NCBI GenBank assembly: GCA_029953675.1
Contig: JAMWBK010000001.1
Location: 2,976,001 to 3,040,000 of the forward strand
DNA: 64,000 bases
DNA from: Rhodosorus marinus CCMP1338
Lineage: Eukaryota > Plantae > Rhodophyta
Direction: 5' to 3'
The position numbers and the translations under genes are program-made. Shown here one piece after another: positions 12,881 to 24,744 of this stretch (within the stretch, counting starts at the first letter, position 1; each line of letters starts with the position of its first letter). A model generated the notes under the pieces. The model did no database searches and had not been told where the DNA came from. It saw only the letters and a program-made list of their open reading frames with translations.

Positions 12881-15800
12881 CTAACAACCAAGAAACGTGA
12901 GATACAAAGGAAAAAACTTAGCTCACAGCACCAAAAGCAAACGCCACCAGGAAACGGCAAACACTCTTACGTTTCCCGGTGCATTGATCATCGGCCCAGC
13001 GCTCTCAGCCGGAGTTTGAATCCCATCGGCGTTCACCCACGGACGATGCCGTCCTCTCAAATCTGCTGCCATCTGCTAATAAATACTGACGAACCAGATT
13101 GCTTACGATTGCTTCCACGTTTCTACCGATCAACTCGCCTTCCAAACACTGAGCCACAACCACAAGCACCAAACCGCACAGCAGTCAGTTGTTCCTCAAC
13201 AACAAGGAGTCAGCCTCCTCCACACCGAAGCGAAAGCAAAACACTTCCGTTCAACCCAAAGCGAAATCTAATAAAAGACTTCGCTTCTCCCCCTCTCTCC
13301 CCCCGCCCCTGCCAAAAAAGAAAAAAACGCTCACACCAGCGCTCTCGCCCTCTTCACACCTATCTGCCAGGCCCAACTTCTTCCTCCCAAATCGCTATTG
13401 AACATACGGGACACCCTCCCCAACAACAATAAAATACATATCCCCTCAAATCTCTCAAAAAACACTTGGCCCCCACACCCCCCATTCTCACCGGAAACAA
13501 GAGAAAAACTTGAAAAATGTGAAAATTTTGTTGTCAACAGTAGTATCGCCATAGACTAACGAGACCAAAGCAGACAAGAACCTATTTCGTTATTCAACGT
13601 TCCTCACCCTCCCCCCCCCGCACCTTTCCTTTTCCACTTTACGAGGTATGATTTTGCCTCGCTCACATTTTTCTTTTCGGAAAGGAAATTTTCATCCGCT
13701 AAGAACAATGGTGACCAGAAAAGATGATGGAGGCGAAAGAGGGGTAGGGGGGGGAGGGGGGGAGGGAGGGAAGAATATGTAGGTTGGCCATTACAGAAGT
13801 AAATAAGAACAAATAGTAATCATAAAGGGGGCGGCGAAGAGTACGAGAAATGAACGAATGAATGAATGAATGAAGGAGTAAAATTAATTATAAAAACTGT
13901 TCAACGTAATATTTCCCTAGAAGAAGAAAAAAAATTGAGCGCGAAAAAAATTCGTTCAAATCATTTGGAAGCGAACTCAGAAAAGGGCCTTTTTTCTCTA
14001 GACTCATGTTACCCCCTTAACACGATCCTATCCGTTTAGGGAAGATCGAATGTAAAAATAAATTATATACTTTTTCTTTTTTCTTTCTGGTGCAGGGTCC
14101 TTGAACCATCTGGTATTTTGGCCGCGAAAACTCTTCCCTGATTAATATTCATCTTCCCTGGTTTAGTATTTTGGCTCTAATTAAGATGCTTTTCGGTGTT
14201 GTTCTGTTTTTTGTTTAGAAGTTTTAGTTGATCCCCCCCTTTTTTTCTCGGTTTCTCTCTTCTTTTTTTTTTTTTCGTGGTGGTTTCTTTTCCGTGCCTA
14301 CCCCTGTGTTCTTTGGGGAGTCGGATCCTGGAGGGCACAGCAGAAAGTTCAAATTGTTAAAATTTATTGAGCGTAGAAAGACACCGGTCTTTCCTTGATA
14401 GTTCAGGTCTTACCAGGGGGGGGGGTTTGGAAAGAAAGTTTTAAAAGGGGTTTGGAAGGTTGTATGGAATTATTATTATTTTTCAATAGGATCAATGCAA
14501 TTTTGGAAAAAGTTTAAGGTGATTCTAGAATCGGCAACGGATTTAAGCATGGCTTCATATATATTTATAAAATTCAGTAGAATGGTAATCCAATGAGTAA
14601 AACGCTTGGGAATTCTGGATCAAATTTTGTTTTTTTATGACCTCTGCAATCCCCTGCGTTAGTGTCGGTCTCCCCCAAGCATTTACTCCGAAATGCACAC
14701 AGATTGGCCTGTTTTTTAGTTGAATGAAAACATATATTTATTCTTCTAGAGTCATGGGTCTGGAGAATGTTAAATGCTCTTCTCAGCGTTCAGAGGGGCC
14801 CTACTTTTGTTTCGTTTCAACTTCTTTTATTTTTCTCCCCAGGGGTGGGTCCAAGGGAGCATCCTCCGCTCGATCCGCGGAATGCACAATCCTCTTCCCC
14901 TTTTAGAATTCTGGTGTTGACGGAGTCTCCGCTATTTATTTTTAAGAATATGAAACAATGGATTCTTTAGTGTGCTCGTACAAGGGGGCAGGTCGGCAAT
15001 CTGTTTTTAGGTTGCAGCGGGGTTCGATCGGAGTGCGTACGGATGCTGTTAGTATTATTCGTTTCAGCTTGGAACCAGCGTGAGAGACTTTTCTTCTTTT
15101 TTTTTTTGCTCTGCTTGGAACTGCGCTGTCGCTGAGGCTACGTATATATCTCGTGAGCAGCCCCAGGCTCCATACCGGGTAATGAGAAAGTTCCTCCTCC
15201 ATATAGCTCTGCGGGTGATCATCGCTTCAGCAACTGGGTGTGAGACGCCGGAATGAAACTTTTGAAACCGTGCCAAGACATGATAGTGAGAGTTGAGGAA
15301 TTCTCACTTCGAGACCGCGTCGAGGTAGGTGCCTGCGCTCTCCTGCGCAAGATTCTTTTAGCAGAACGGAACCTGGAGACCTTGTACCTAGCGCAAGAGA
15401 AAACCTAAGCAGGCAAGCAAACCTAAAGCCGGTAGAGAGGCGCGGGAGTGAAGCATTTGGACGATGGCTGTGTGCTCAGTAGTTTCTAGAGATGCACACT
15501 GTGAATGCAGCAATTGAACTCCCCGCACGCTCACGCGGTCGAACAGCGTCGCGGGGTTTTACCTCGCACTCCTAACTCGCCCGGAAGATCTCCGGAAAGC
15601 CGAAAACCTAAAAATTCCTCAGTGTACGCATTGGTTTTCCTTGTTCGATGGAAGCATCCCCTGGACTTGTTACAACTCCCCTCCTTGATCGTCGCGGGAC
15701 ATTAACCAGACTCTCACCTTACAACCCTCTGCTCCTTGTATTGCTCGTGACGAGCTTTCCAAACAAAGCGCGTCGGGGCAAAGCCAACGGCAAGGAGCCC

Positions 15801-18353
15801 ATCTTCCATACCCGTTAAAACAAAAGACACAGAAAGAGCATTATAAAAACTAAAATATATCATTCCAGAAATACCTACCCCCTTGATCCAATATTGATTT
15901 CTTTGCCTCCGCTGTTTTGTTTTTTTTTGGCAGAGGCGAGCACAGATATTTTCAATTTTGACACAAAACAAATAGTCACATACCACCCCCTTTTTCATAT
16001 CGCCCAAGAACTTGAAACATTCCCTTTTTTTATTCTGGAAAAGAAGTCCCGAGGTTGAGCAGATTGACTACCCCCTTCATGTTTACTTTTTTTTCTATTT
16101 TTCTTCGGCTCTAAAAGAGGAGAAAAAAAGGGGGGGTAAAGGGAGAATTAGTTTGTCATAGCCAGCTGCGTCTTCTGGCTTCGTGAGTGGGAGAAAAGCC
16201 TTGACTTTGCGGCAAAGGTCATAAACTGACTGGGAGGGGGGGCGGTTCCATATACTATGGCAAAGATTTCTCCATGGTCGCCTTGTCCGGAGCTACACGC
16301 CGTTTTGTCCAAACTCAAGATCTAATCAGAGAGAGAACAAGTTTTCCCTTGCCTAAGCAAACACGGTTTCTTGGGTATATTGCGAAACAGAGACAAAAAG
16401 AGGGCTTGGGATATAATACATTTTGAACTCTGGATCTTTGTCCTCGAGGATGTTGGAAGAATACTGAAAAGAGTTGTATCCTTGTTGAAGGAGGAAAAAA
16501 TGTGTAGAAAACGTCCGCGATTCCGGAATCTCTGCCCCAAGGAAGCTGAAGGGGGTAGAACTTAAAAACATGTCCGCAAAGCAGCCTGGTGTTTTGTCAT
16601 TGCATTAAAACTGGCCACAGCGTGCTCGAGGCTAAGCTGATTTTGGGAAAGTATTCTGGCTGAAAATGATTGTAGGTGGCATTACAGAGGTCTCCCGGAT
16701 ATTTCCACAACTGGTCGACAAGTTTCGCGACACGGGCCCACGTCTCGGACGACTCCAGACTCTCCCTGGTATGTTCACAGGGTTCATCCGGTTAAGACCC
16801 GGCGAACGGGAGTCACTCGGTAAATTCGAGAACAGAATCCTGGATAGTTGAACTACTGACTCCTTCATATCTGTCAGAGGTCTCCCGGATACGTCCACCT
16901 CTGCAATTGCAAGCGAACAAGTCATAGACATGACACTAGAGCGCTAGTGTGGTTTGCGCTATAGGACTAAACTGGTTTGATCTGAATGTTCACTGGACCA
17001 GCACAAAAAACGGAAAGACTAACAAGAACCCCTGGTTTAAGATGCTGTACTTCGAGGAGAAGGCTCCACCCCGCGGTCTCACGGGCTATCGTGGAGGACT
17101 CTGATGGAAGCGTGAATAACAGTGTTGAACTCGCGCTTCCCTGTCCCGTGGCGAATCCCTACTTGCCTCGTCGCGAAGGCGCGGTGCTCCTATGAGCAGA
17201 AACGAATCAACATCTACCGACGGAGGATATTTGCAATCAGCCCTCGCGCATCGCCCCGTCCCGCTCGCCGTTAGACGTTCTTAGGCTACGTTGGTCTTAA
17301 CTATAGTCTTGAGGAACGAACGTTCCTTTGTGGGGTCGAGTGTAGTTCTCCGTTCTCGGGGCTGTTAGCACTCGAATACGGTTCGCGATTATCCGTCGGG
17401 TACGTCGCGCAGTGGAAGATCGTATTATCGCAACTTTGCAGTTGACTACATCCCAGTGGTCTCCTCTTGAAACAAGATGCCCTGGCGTGAGAGGAAGGCT
17501 CAACTCTAGCTGCTTTGGCAAGGAGGTCATGTGAGGGTGCGGAGACTGTTCGTATATGTATATACTGCTTGACAACCGAGATCCAAGTTGATGATGACTG
17601 TTTTAGAGGTCTAGTAGTTTCCGGTGCAACCTAACGTCGGCCAGAGTTACTGGTTGATCCACTCGCTCCAGGCGAGCACTGACCCTCCGCACAGGTGAGA
17701 CAAGGTTCACAGTCCGGGAAAGTGACTCTAGAATATGAAACCGGTATTGGAGGACGCTCAAGAGTCCTTCCTGGGGTTTACAAGATAGCGAACTAACAGC
17801 GAACTAACAGGCGCAGCTTTAGTTTCCATGCGTTTCAAGCATGGCATAGAAGTTCTGATCTTTGATCCGTCCGCTTCCGAGTTTTACTTCACCGGAATCG
17901 CCTTCGACTTCAATGAAGCCTGTTCTCAAGTCAACTCAAGCGATTTCGTCTTGGATTGTGTGGCATCTGGCGTGCATCATGCCGAATATGAAACAAGCTG
18001 TGAGCCAATCCATTCCATGCTAAGCTGAGATCCTGGCCTCACCTCAGAGGCGACCTTAAACCTCTTCCTTCCGATCGGCAGGAAGACAAGAACTATTTAC
18101 AAGTAAACAATTTGCCACGGAGATAGTCTACTGCTGCCCGATTGATAATGTTATTCCAATCGAGATCACAGTAGTAGACGTTTCAGGCTCGGCCGGGTGC
18201 AGAACTGACGCCGGACAACATTGTCCTCTCTGTATATTCAGAAACAATAAAATAACCTACGAAGGTACAGCGGCTAATAACGCTCTTTTCTCCTTACCCA
18301 TTGCAGAGCACTGGCATCCTCAAGGAAAAATTGTAAATTCTGCGACCCGCTGT

Positions 18354-18962
18354 TCAACCCGAATTTGCTGTGAGCGAAATAAGATACGCGCAGTGCCGCC
18401 AAAGACAGAAAAGTTCTGCCACACCGCACAGAGCTCGGCAAGCGAATATAAGTACGCCCGCTATCTTCCAAGCCATCATTCCGGCGAGTTTTGGCATCTG
18501 AACAGAGACGACGCCGTAAACTGGCATGAGGAACAAGCCAGATATCGCAAGCGCGCCCAACGGTGTACGAAACCCGTTTCGAAAAATCTCCCTCACAACC
18601 CACGGCGAGTTTTCGATTACGACGATTTTCCAGTTCTTCCCCAGTCTGTGGTTGACAGTAAATACGAGCCCCTCCAACACCAACACGAGCGGCCCTAGTA
18701 CTTGATACGCTTGACAGGAAAGAACCCCTCTGCTTGCGATATCAATTGTTACGTCTAGAAAGGCTCCAAACTCTGAAGTCTGGTTCAGCCTCCTCGCAGC
18801 CATGCCATCGAATCCATCAAGAATAAACGACAGGCCATAGCAAACCCAGAATCCAACCTTCCGCTCTATGCCGTATCTGGATAGCGCCAAAACAACCAAA
18901 ACAATCCTCAAGTAACCGATAACATTCGGCACCCACAACCAAACCGGGAGCTTGTTCGCCAT
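18354..18962 (-). CDS. CDP-alcohol phosphatidyltransferase family protein (PI-synthase-like)
   Basis: VPNVIGYLR plus the intact signature DGFDGMAARRLNQTSEFGAFLDVTID; several hydrophobic helices. Confidence 0.9.
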   Translation of the reverse strand: MANKLPVWLWVPNVIGYLRIVLVVLALSRYGIERKVGFWVCYGLSFILDGFDGMAARRLNQTSEFGAFLDVTIDIASRGVLSCQAYQVLGPLVLVLEGLVFTVNHRLGKNWKIVVIENSPWVVREIFRNGFRTPLGALAISGLFLMPVYGVVSVQMPKLAGMMAWKIAGVLIFACRALCGVAELFCLWRHCAYLISLTANSG

Positions 18963-21007
18963 CGTGAACACGAAAAAGGTCTTCCTGCACGCCCCGTCCT
19001 CCCCAAAGCCGCTCCAAAATCAACCGGATCCTGCGAGAACACGTCGGTGCGTCAGTCCCAATAAAACTCTACCAAGCTCTGGGGCTACCAAATCCAATCG
19101 GCGACGCTTCCATACTCCGAAACTGATTCCTCAAAAACCTCGAATCAAGATTCACAGAGTCTTCACTGACTTCGTCTCCAAAAAATCGAGCCGTGGCAGA
19201 CACACCTACGACGTCTCTCTCCACACAGCATACTCGCGGACACTGCTCGTCCATAAGCGAGCTCCGTTTCAAACGGGAAATACTCATGCATTTACAAACG
19301 CAAAGGTCAGGTATTGAAAACCTGCATTGGGTCGTCAAACACCAGCAGCCATGGGGAGACTCTAGATTCTGCAGCGAAAGAATGAATTCACTTTATATCG
19401 AAGTATAAAGACCGCCGTTGCGGGGGCAGACCCCCGCACAAACGGAACTCGTTCACTCTTACTCCAGCAACGATACGGTGTTGTTTCCCAAGAAGCAAAT
19501 ACCTTTGTGGAGGACGTCTCCACTATTATTTAGGAGTATTTTAGCTTCAAATAAACCGATCTGGTGCTGCAGTACAACAGCCAAACCATCCATCCTTCCT
19601 CATCAGCACCACGATCGTCTTATGGAACCTCCAGCCTTTACTCATCTCATCCCAGAATTCAATCCCCCACCGTTTATACGAGAAAACACACAAAATAAAC
19701 TCTATAACACCGTATAAACGAGTAAAAATATCCGATAAAAATCCGACCAAAAAAAAAAGCACGCATCAAACCACTGTTATATCTCTTGGCCTCTTAGAAT
19801 CTACCCAAAATCGTAATTCGGGGATGATCATCTCATCATTAAAGGGGCAAAGCAGCAGGAATGGGCGCATATAGTACATTTTTAGTACATTAAAATCCTA
19901 TTAATTCTTTTTATTTTCGAATTATTGGATATATGGAATGTACTAGTATGTTAAGCTTGTTTACTAATGAATGGTGTGGGTGAAAAAAAGGAAGCGGAAC
20001 ATGAGATGTGAAGTGGGTCGGGGTGGGAGAGGGTGGGCGGTTTAAGGGGGAGGGGGAGGGGGGGAGGTTGGGATTGGGATCTTGAGGGAGATCGGGAGAG
20101 TGGGTGGAGTTTGAGAAGGGACTTGTTGAATAGTATTTGAGTGTTCTAATGCTGAGGTTGAAGCAAACTAGTGAAAGGGTATATTTTTTCTTGTTTTTTT
20201 TTGAGTGAGGCTAGTTGTGTTTTGAGTGGTGGGTGGGTTGGAGTGGTTTTTGAAGTGAAGGTAATAGGTTGGAGCTTGTGAGGAACGGCGGTATTGGGGA
20301 AAACCTTTTGGAAACGTAGAGATAAGTTGGGAGGAGGTTTTTGTCGTTTTGGTGTTTTCCTTCGTTTTTTTTTTGTTTTTGTGAAGCGTTTGGTTGAAGG
20401 GGATTTTTTTTTTGGTTTGTCCTTTGGCATTGCATTTCTTTGCTTTGTTGAAAGAGGTTTTTGGGAAAACAGCTTGAGTTTGTTGCAGGTTTGAAGGGTT
20501 GGAGGGGGGGGGGGAGTTTCAATGAGAGATTAAGGATCGGGCGTCGTGTGAGAAGTTTGAACATCGAGATAAGAAGGACTGAGAGAAGGTTTTTGCTACC
20601 CTTGGAAAACTGATAATTTGTGCTTTGCGGGTAGAAAAAGAAGATTTTCCCTCTTTTTTTCACGTTCCTTTGTTTGGAGTTGAGAGGAACGAGTCGTTGG
20701 GAAAGGCGCGGGGCGGGCAGGTGTTCATCATCGAGACCGACCTAGAGAGCTGAGGTTTGTACTGAAATTGATGCCCGGAGCTGTTCTTGTTCACCATGCC
20801 GTGAGGGGCTTTGCCGCTTACCTGGAGTTGACTGGTTTTTTTCGGCGGTTTTTCAAACGCATGTTGCAGGTGTCTGGTAGGACTATAATGGAGGGCTAGG
20901 CATTGTCGGGTAGTGTTGCGACCATTGAGAGGCTCTGGATTGCGCTGTTTGGTTGTAGTTGTTTTGGATTTTTATTGCTGGGCTCGTTTGGAGGTGGGGA
21001 TTGAGGA

Positions 21008-22527
21008 ATGGAGTCGTCAAAGGACCATCATGATCCCGGCGGGGGGTTCAGAAATCCGTGGGATTCGTATCAGAAACGAAGCACGCTATCACTGTTCGGT
21101 AGTATTCGAAAAGATCCAGAAAAGGGTGAGTTGGTTTTGCTCATGTTTTGGGAAGGCTCGTCCCCATATCTGCCGTTAGCTTGACGCGTTTGCAATGGAA
21201 TCAGGCGCTGAGTGTGCTAATTTCTTTTGAATCCTCGCTGCGATTGACTTCTTTTTTTGTGCTTCTCTTGTCATGTAAATTGATCGGTCCGCAGCTGACG
21301 TTGCTGCACTAATGCTCCTGGCGGGTAGACCAGACTTTGACATCGTAGGATCTTCGCAGAGGAAGAAAGCCCGAAGTATCGCGGCGACGTGGATAGGACA
21401 CTGCACTTTTGTTGTTCAAATGGATGGAGGAAATTTTCTGACTGACCCAATCTGGAGCATGCGCTGCGGGTCGTTCCCCGGCCCTAAACGAGTAGTTCCA
21501 CCTCCTTGTGAGCTTGATGAACTCCCAAGCCTCGACGGTATTTTGATAACAAGTAATCGGGTATGGAACACACTGTCCTCGCAGCGTTTGGCGCGTGCGG
21601 AGTCCTCGGCTTATTCCTGAACGACACTTTCGCTTGGTTTGGTTTTTCAACTTAAGCCTGATCACCTAGACAAGAGTACTGTACAAAACCTTGGAAATCG
21701 AGCGGAATGGTTTGTCCCGTTGGGAGTTGGAGAATTCCTGAGGGAGCATGGGGTTACCAGGTATACGGAAATGGACTGGTGGGAGTCTAGGAAGCTGGAT
21801 CGAGGGGCCACGGTTGTTTGTACGCCGTCACAGCATTTCAGCGGGCGGAATGCGAAAGATCGAGATGAAGCTTTGTGGTGCAGTTGGACCGTAAGTTTGC
21901 CCCGCTGCGATTTACTGCTTTTGTTGGGGTCTGCTCGGTGTTATAAACAAGGATATCGTCTCCGTGGCCTTGCGGTATTAGGTGGTTGGTCCAAGCTCGC
22001 GGTTTTTCTTTTCTGGAAGTACTGGCTACCGATCAAAGAACAAGAAGGGAAGTCGTCAAGACAGGGACCTTTTGGATCGTCAAGACTACGGCAGGGAAAA
22101 CGGAATTGCTAGTGGAGAATCGCTGCCAAAGTGTCCAGCTTTTCGTCAGGTGAGAAGAAGACCTCCTTTTGTCTTCTTCTTTTGCGCTGGAGTATGAGAT
22201 TTGTTCTGTCTAACTTGATTACGCCGCGATTATAATCTTTGTCAGATTGGCAGACAGTACGGGCCATTCGACGTCGCGTTCCTGCCGATTGGGGGTTATG
22301 GCCCAAAGAGTGTCATGTCCGCCGTGAATGCCGAACCCCTAGACTCCGTTGGCATTCACAGAGATGTCGGAGCAAAGTGCTCGGTGGCCATGAACTGGGG
22401 CACCTTTCAGCTCTCAGACGAGGAGCTCCTTGACCCCCTGCGCGAGCTTGAGAGAGCACTCATTGATAAACGAGTACCGGAGAGCAGCTTCCTAATCATG
22501 AAACACGGCAAGACTCAAATTATCTAA
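21008..22527 (+). CDS. NAPE-PLD-like metallo-beta-lactamase-fold protein with degenerate metal site
   Basis: GGFRNPW, TWIGHCTFVVQMDGGNFLTDPIWS, WFVPLG, EMDWWE, TPSQHFSGR, LWCSW, YGPFDVAFLPIGGY and WGTFQLSDE are colinear with NAPE-PLD. Four GT-AG introns give a continuous frame. Confidence 0.9.
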
Positions 22528-23393
22528 GCCGGGTTATCCGGCCAACTGCTCGGCGCGTACTCGTTATTTGCATAGACATTTCACCAACAAGAAAGCGACC
22601 AGGGCTCCTTGCGGATTTCACTTTTTAACTAACAGCTTGAACAGCGTACAGTAAACAGACCGAAAACTGTGGTCTACTTGAACGCTTGAACAGGGAAGGC
22701 TTGTGGGACAAACTTTTTCCGAACAGCATAGGCTCATCAGGTTGGCCAACGAGTCGAGTAGTGATTGCGAGTTGGATATAGTCACACTCTTTGGAAACGG
22801 CAACGAACAAGTCGACCCTTAAATACTCTTCCTCGTGAGTTCTTTTATTGTAAGGAAACAAATTTTTGGCTCAACGCACGACCCTCCGCTGCGGCCTCAC
22901 GGCTGATACCCAAACGGGAGGGAGAACGCTGCACAGGGCAACAGTCAAGATCTGCTACGAGAAGAGGATTGAGTGTTATAAACGTTAAAAAAAAGATAAT
23001 TATGAGAAGAAAGCCGTAGCTATAAAATATGTGATCCCTAATCAAAAACCCAAGCACGGTTGGCTCGGGTCGATCCTCCACCAACCCAAGGCGGGTCAGG
23101 GCCTCCGTACATCCCACCCCCACCCCCCCCCGGCAAACAATAGTAAAAGTTTCTTCGCTGTCAAATAGAACGAGCAAATTGCGGCTAGGTTCTACCTCTT
23201 CGCACTGAATTTGGTAGGTACAATCAGCATTGGTCCTACAACTCCTGCATGCAAAAACAGCAAAACTCGCTCGCAACCCCTCGGTCCCCGCAACACCAGC
23301 AGCAACAACCCAACGCAAAAAGTCCTCCGCCAATCTCCCTTCAAGGTCAATCGACACAGCCAGCACTGCCACAAGACTGCCCACACCAGCGAT

Positions 23394-24458
23394 CTAGTTT
23401 GCAAACTTGGCGAAGATTGCAAGTCGCCTCTTCGGTAGATTGGGGTCCGTTTTCTCTTCAACTCCGTCTGTCAACTCCGCAACACTGGCAGAGGGCTGCG
23501 GAGTAGGGGTAGAAGCTCGGATGGGTACCGGCCTAGACATCTGGCTCGGCGTGGGTGATCCCTGCCGCGATGTCGGCGCAGATGCGCTGCCAGCATTCAT
23601 CGGCGGGCTTTGAAATCTTAGGACATCATCACCCAGCATCTGTCCTTGCCTCGGAGGTACCGCCAATCCTTGGCTGACAGCGGGAAACGCTGGAGGTAGC
23701 CTGACTTCTGGGCTCGGCGGACGAAAGTATAGAGGACTCGGTGCCAACGGTTTCTGTGGGACAGTCCCAATCTGCGCTTGTCCAGCTTGTATTGGGAAAA
23801 TGTCGCCATCTTGCTCTGCAATCGAGTCGTCTTCATTCCCGTGGATAAAGCGACACCGTGATCCGTAAGGACAGCTTCCCTTTTCAGCGAAGTTCCTGCA
23901 GAGTTTCGTCTTATATTTGGGGTGACGGGTAACCGCCCGGAGTTCGTCCGTGCCATGCGCGAATTGACAGTTGGCACCGTACGGGCACGATCCGTTCTCC
24001 GTAAACGAGTTGCACCTGAGAGGAAAACGCCACAAGCAGGTTGGAACAGTTAGAAGGCACGAAAACTACACTATGCGAAAGGCAAGAGAAGGCTTTTGTA
24101 GCCTTCTCGACCATATTCTCTGAGCTTACAGTTCAGTCTTGTACAAGTCCTGTACATTGCTTGGAGAGCGCTCACGCTGCTTTCTTCGTGGGAAGTCCTT
24201 GTACAGGCTGTTGTCGTTCATTGGGCTTCTTTCAAACCTAATTCCAGAGGTCTTCCCGAGCTGCTGATCGTCCCACAAAGCGTACGCTTGCTCCTTCAAT
24301 TGGTTATCTGCAATCACAGGTCTTGCACCTTCTCCGACAGTTGGCCTACCGAAAGCGCCATTCCCAAGCTCAGAGAGCCGAGTGCCGGTCTCAAATCCCG
24401 AGTTCGGACCCAAAGGGACTTCGCTCGAGAACGCCGAATAATCCACATTAAAATACAT
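23394..24458 (-). CDS. Tandem CCCH zinc-finger protein, ZFP36/TIS11 (tristetraprolin) family
   Basis: LYKTEL|[21 protein letters not shown] (spliced) and [26 protein letters not shown], 18-residue spacer, C-terminal RRLAIF motif. Confidence 0.93.
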
Positions 24459-24705
24459 ATTCTCGATGACCAAAGAACCACCCAACGGTCAAAAGCGGCA
24501 CAAAAGAAAAAAAATAAACAACAGCTCCAACCACAAACCCTCACAAACCAACCCTCAACTCCATCCTTCCGCTCCTCCAAAACTCAAAACCAAGCAGCCA
24601 CCAGAAAATTACAGTGTTTTCGCCCCCTCTCTCAGCTCAATTCCCTGCACTTCAATCCTCCTCAGGCTTCACCACCCTCGTCTCTCTCTTCCTAAACTTT
24701 CCCTC

Positions 24706-24744
24706 CCCCACCCCCCCACCCCACCCCACCCCACCCCACCCCAC
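24706..24744. repeat. (CCCCA)n microsatellite; G-quadruplex-capable (TGGGG)n on minus strand
   Basis: Six consecutive CCCCA units at 24714-24743, ~250 nt upstream of the CCCH gene. Confidence 0.85.

Noticed and set aside
12560-13432. 290-aa + strand ORF
   Set aside because: Antisense to the C2H2 gene and its low-complexity upstream region; no domain features.
14942-15276. Small overlapping minus-strand ORFs
   Set aside because: Broken at a long A-run in an error-prone region; no recognisable motif.
16630-18060. 17-nt direct repeat CAGAGGTCTCCCGGATA (16685, 16876) and a GMDWL motif suggestive of a gypsy protease
   Set aside because: Too short and stop-ridden; no RT, RNase H, integrase or LTRs found nearby.
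19040-19830. Fragmented gene-like sequence on the minus strand (WLLVFDDP, HEYFPFETELAYGRAV)
   Set aside because: Could not be assembled into one frame without several assumed errors; possibly a real gene, but unsupported here.
22618-23384. Minus-strand ORFs downstream of the CCCH gene
   Set aside because: No motifs; may be 3' UTR. An AU-rich autoregulatory element was sought, but only one ATTTA was seen.
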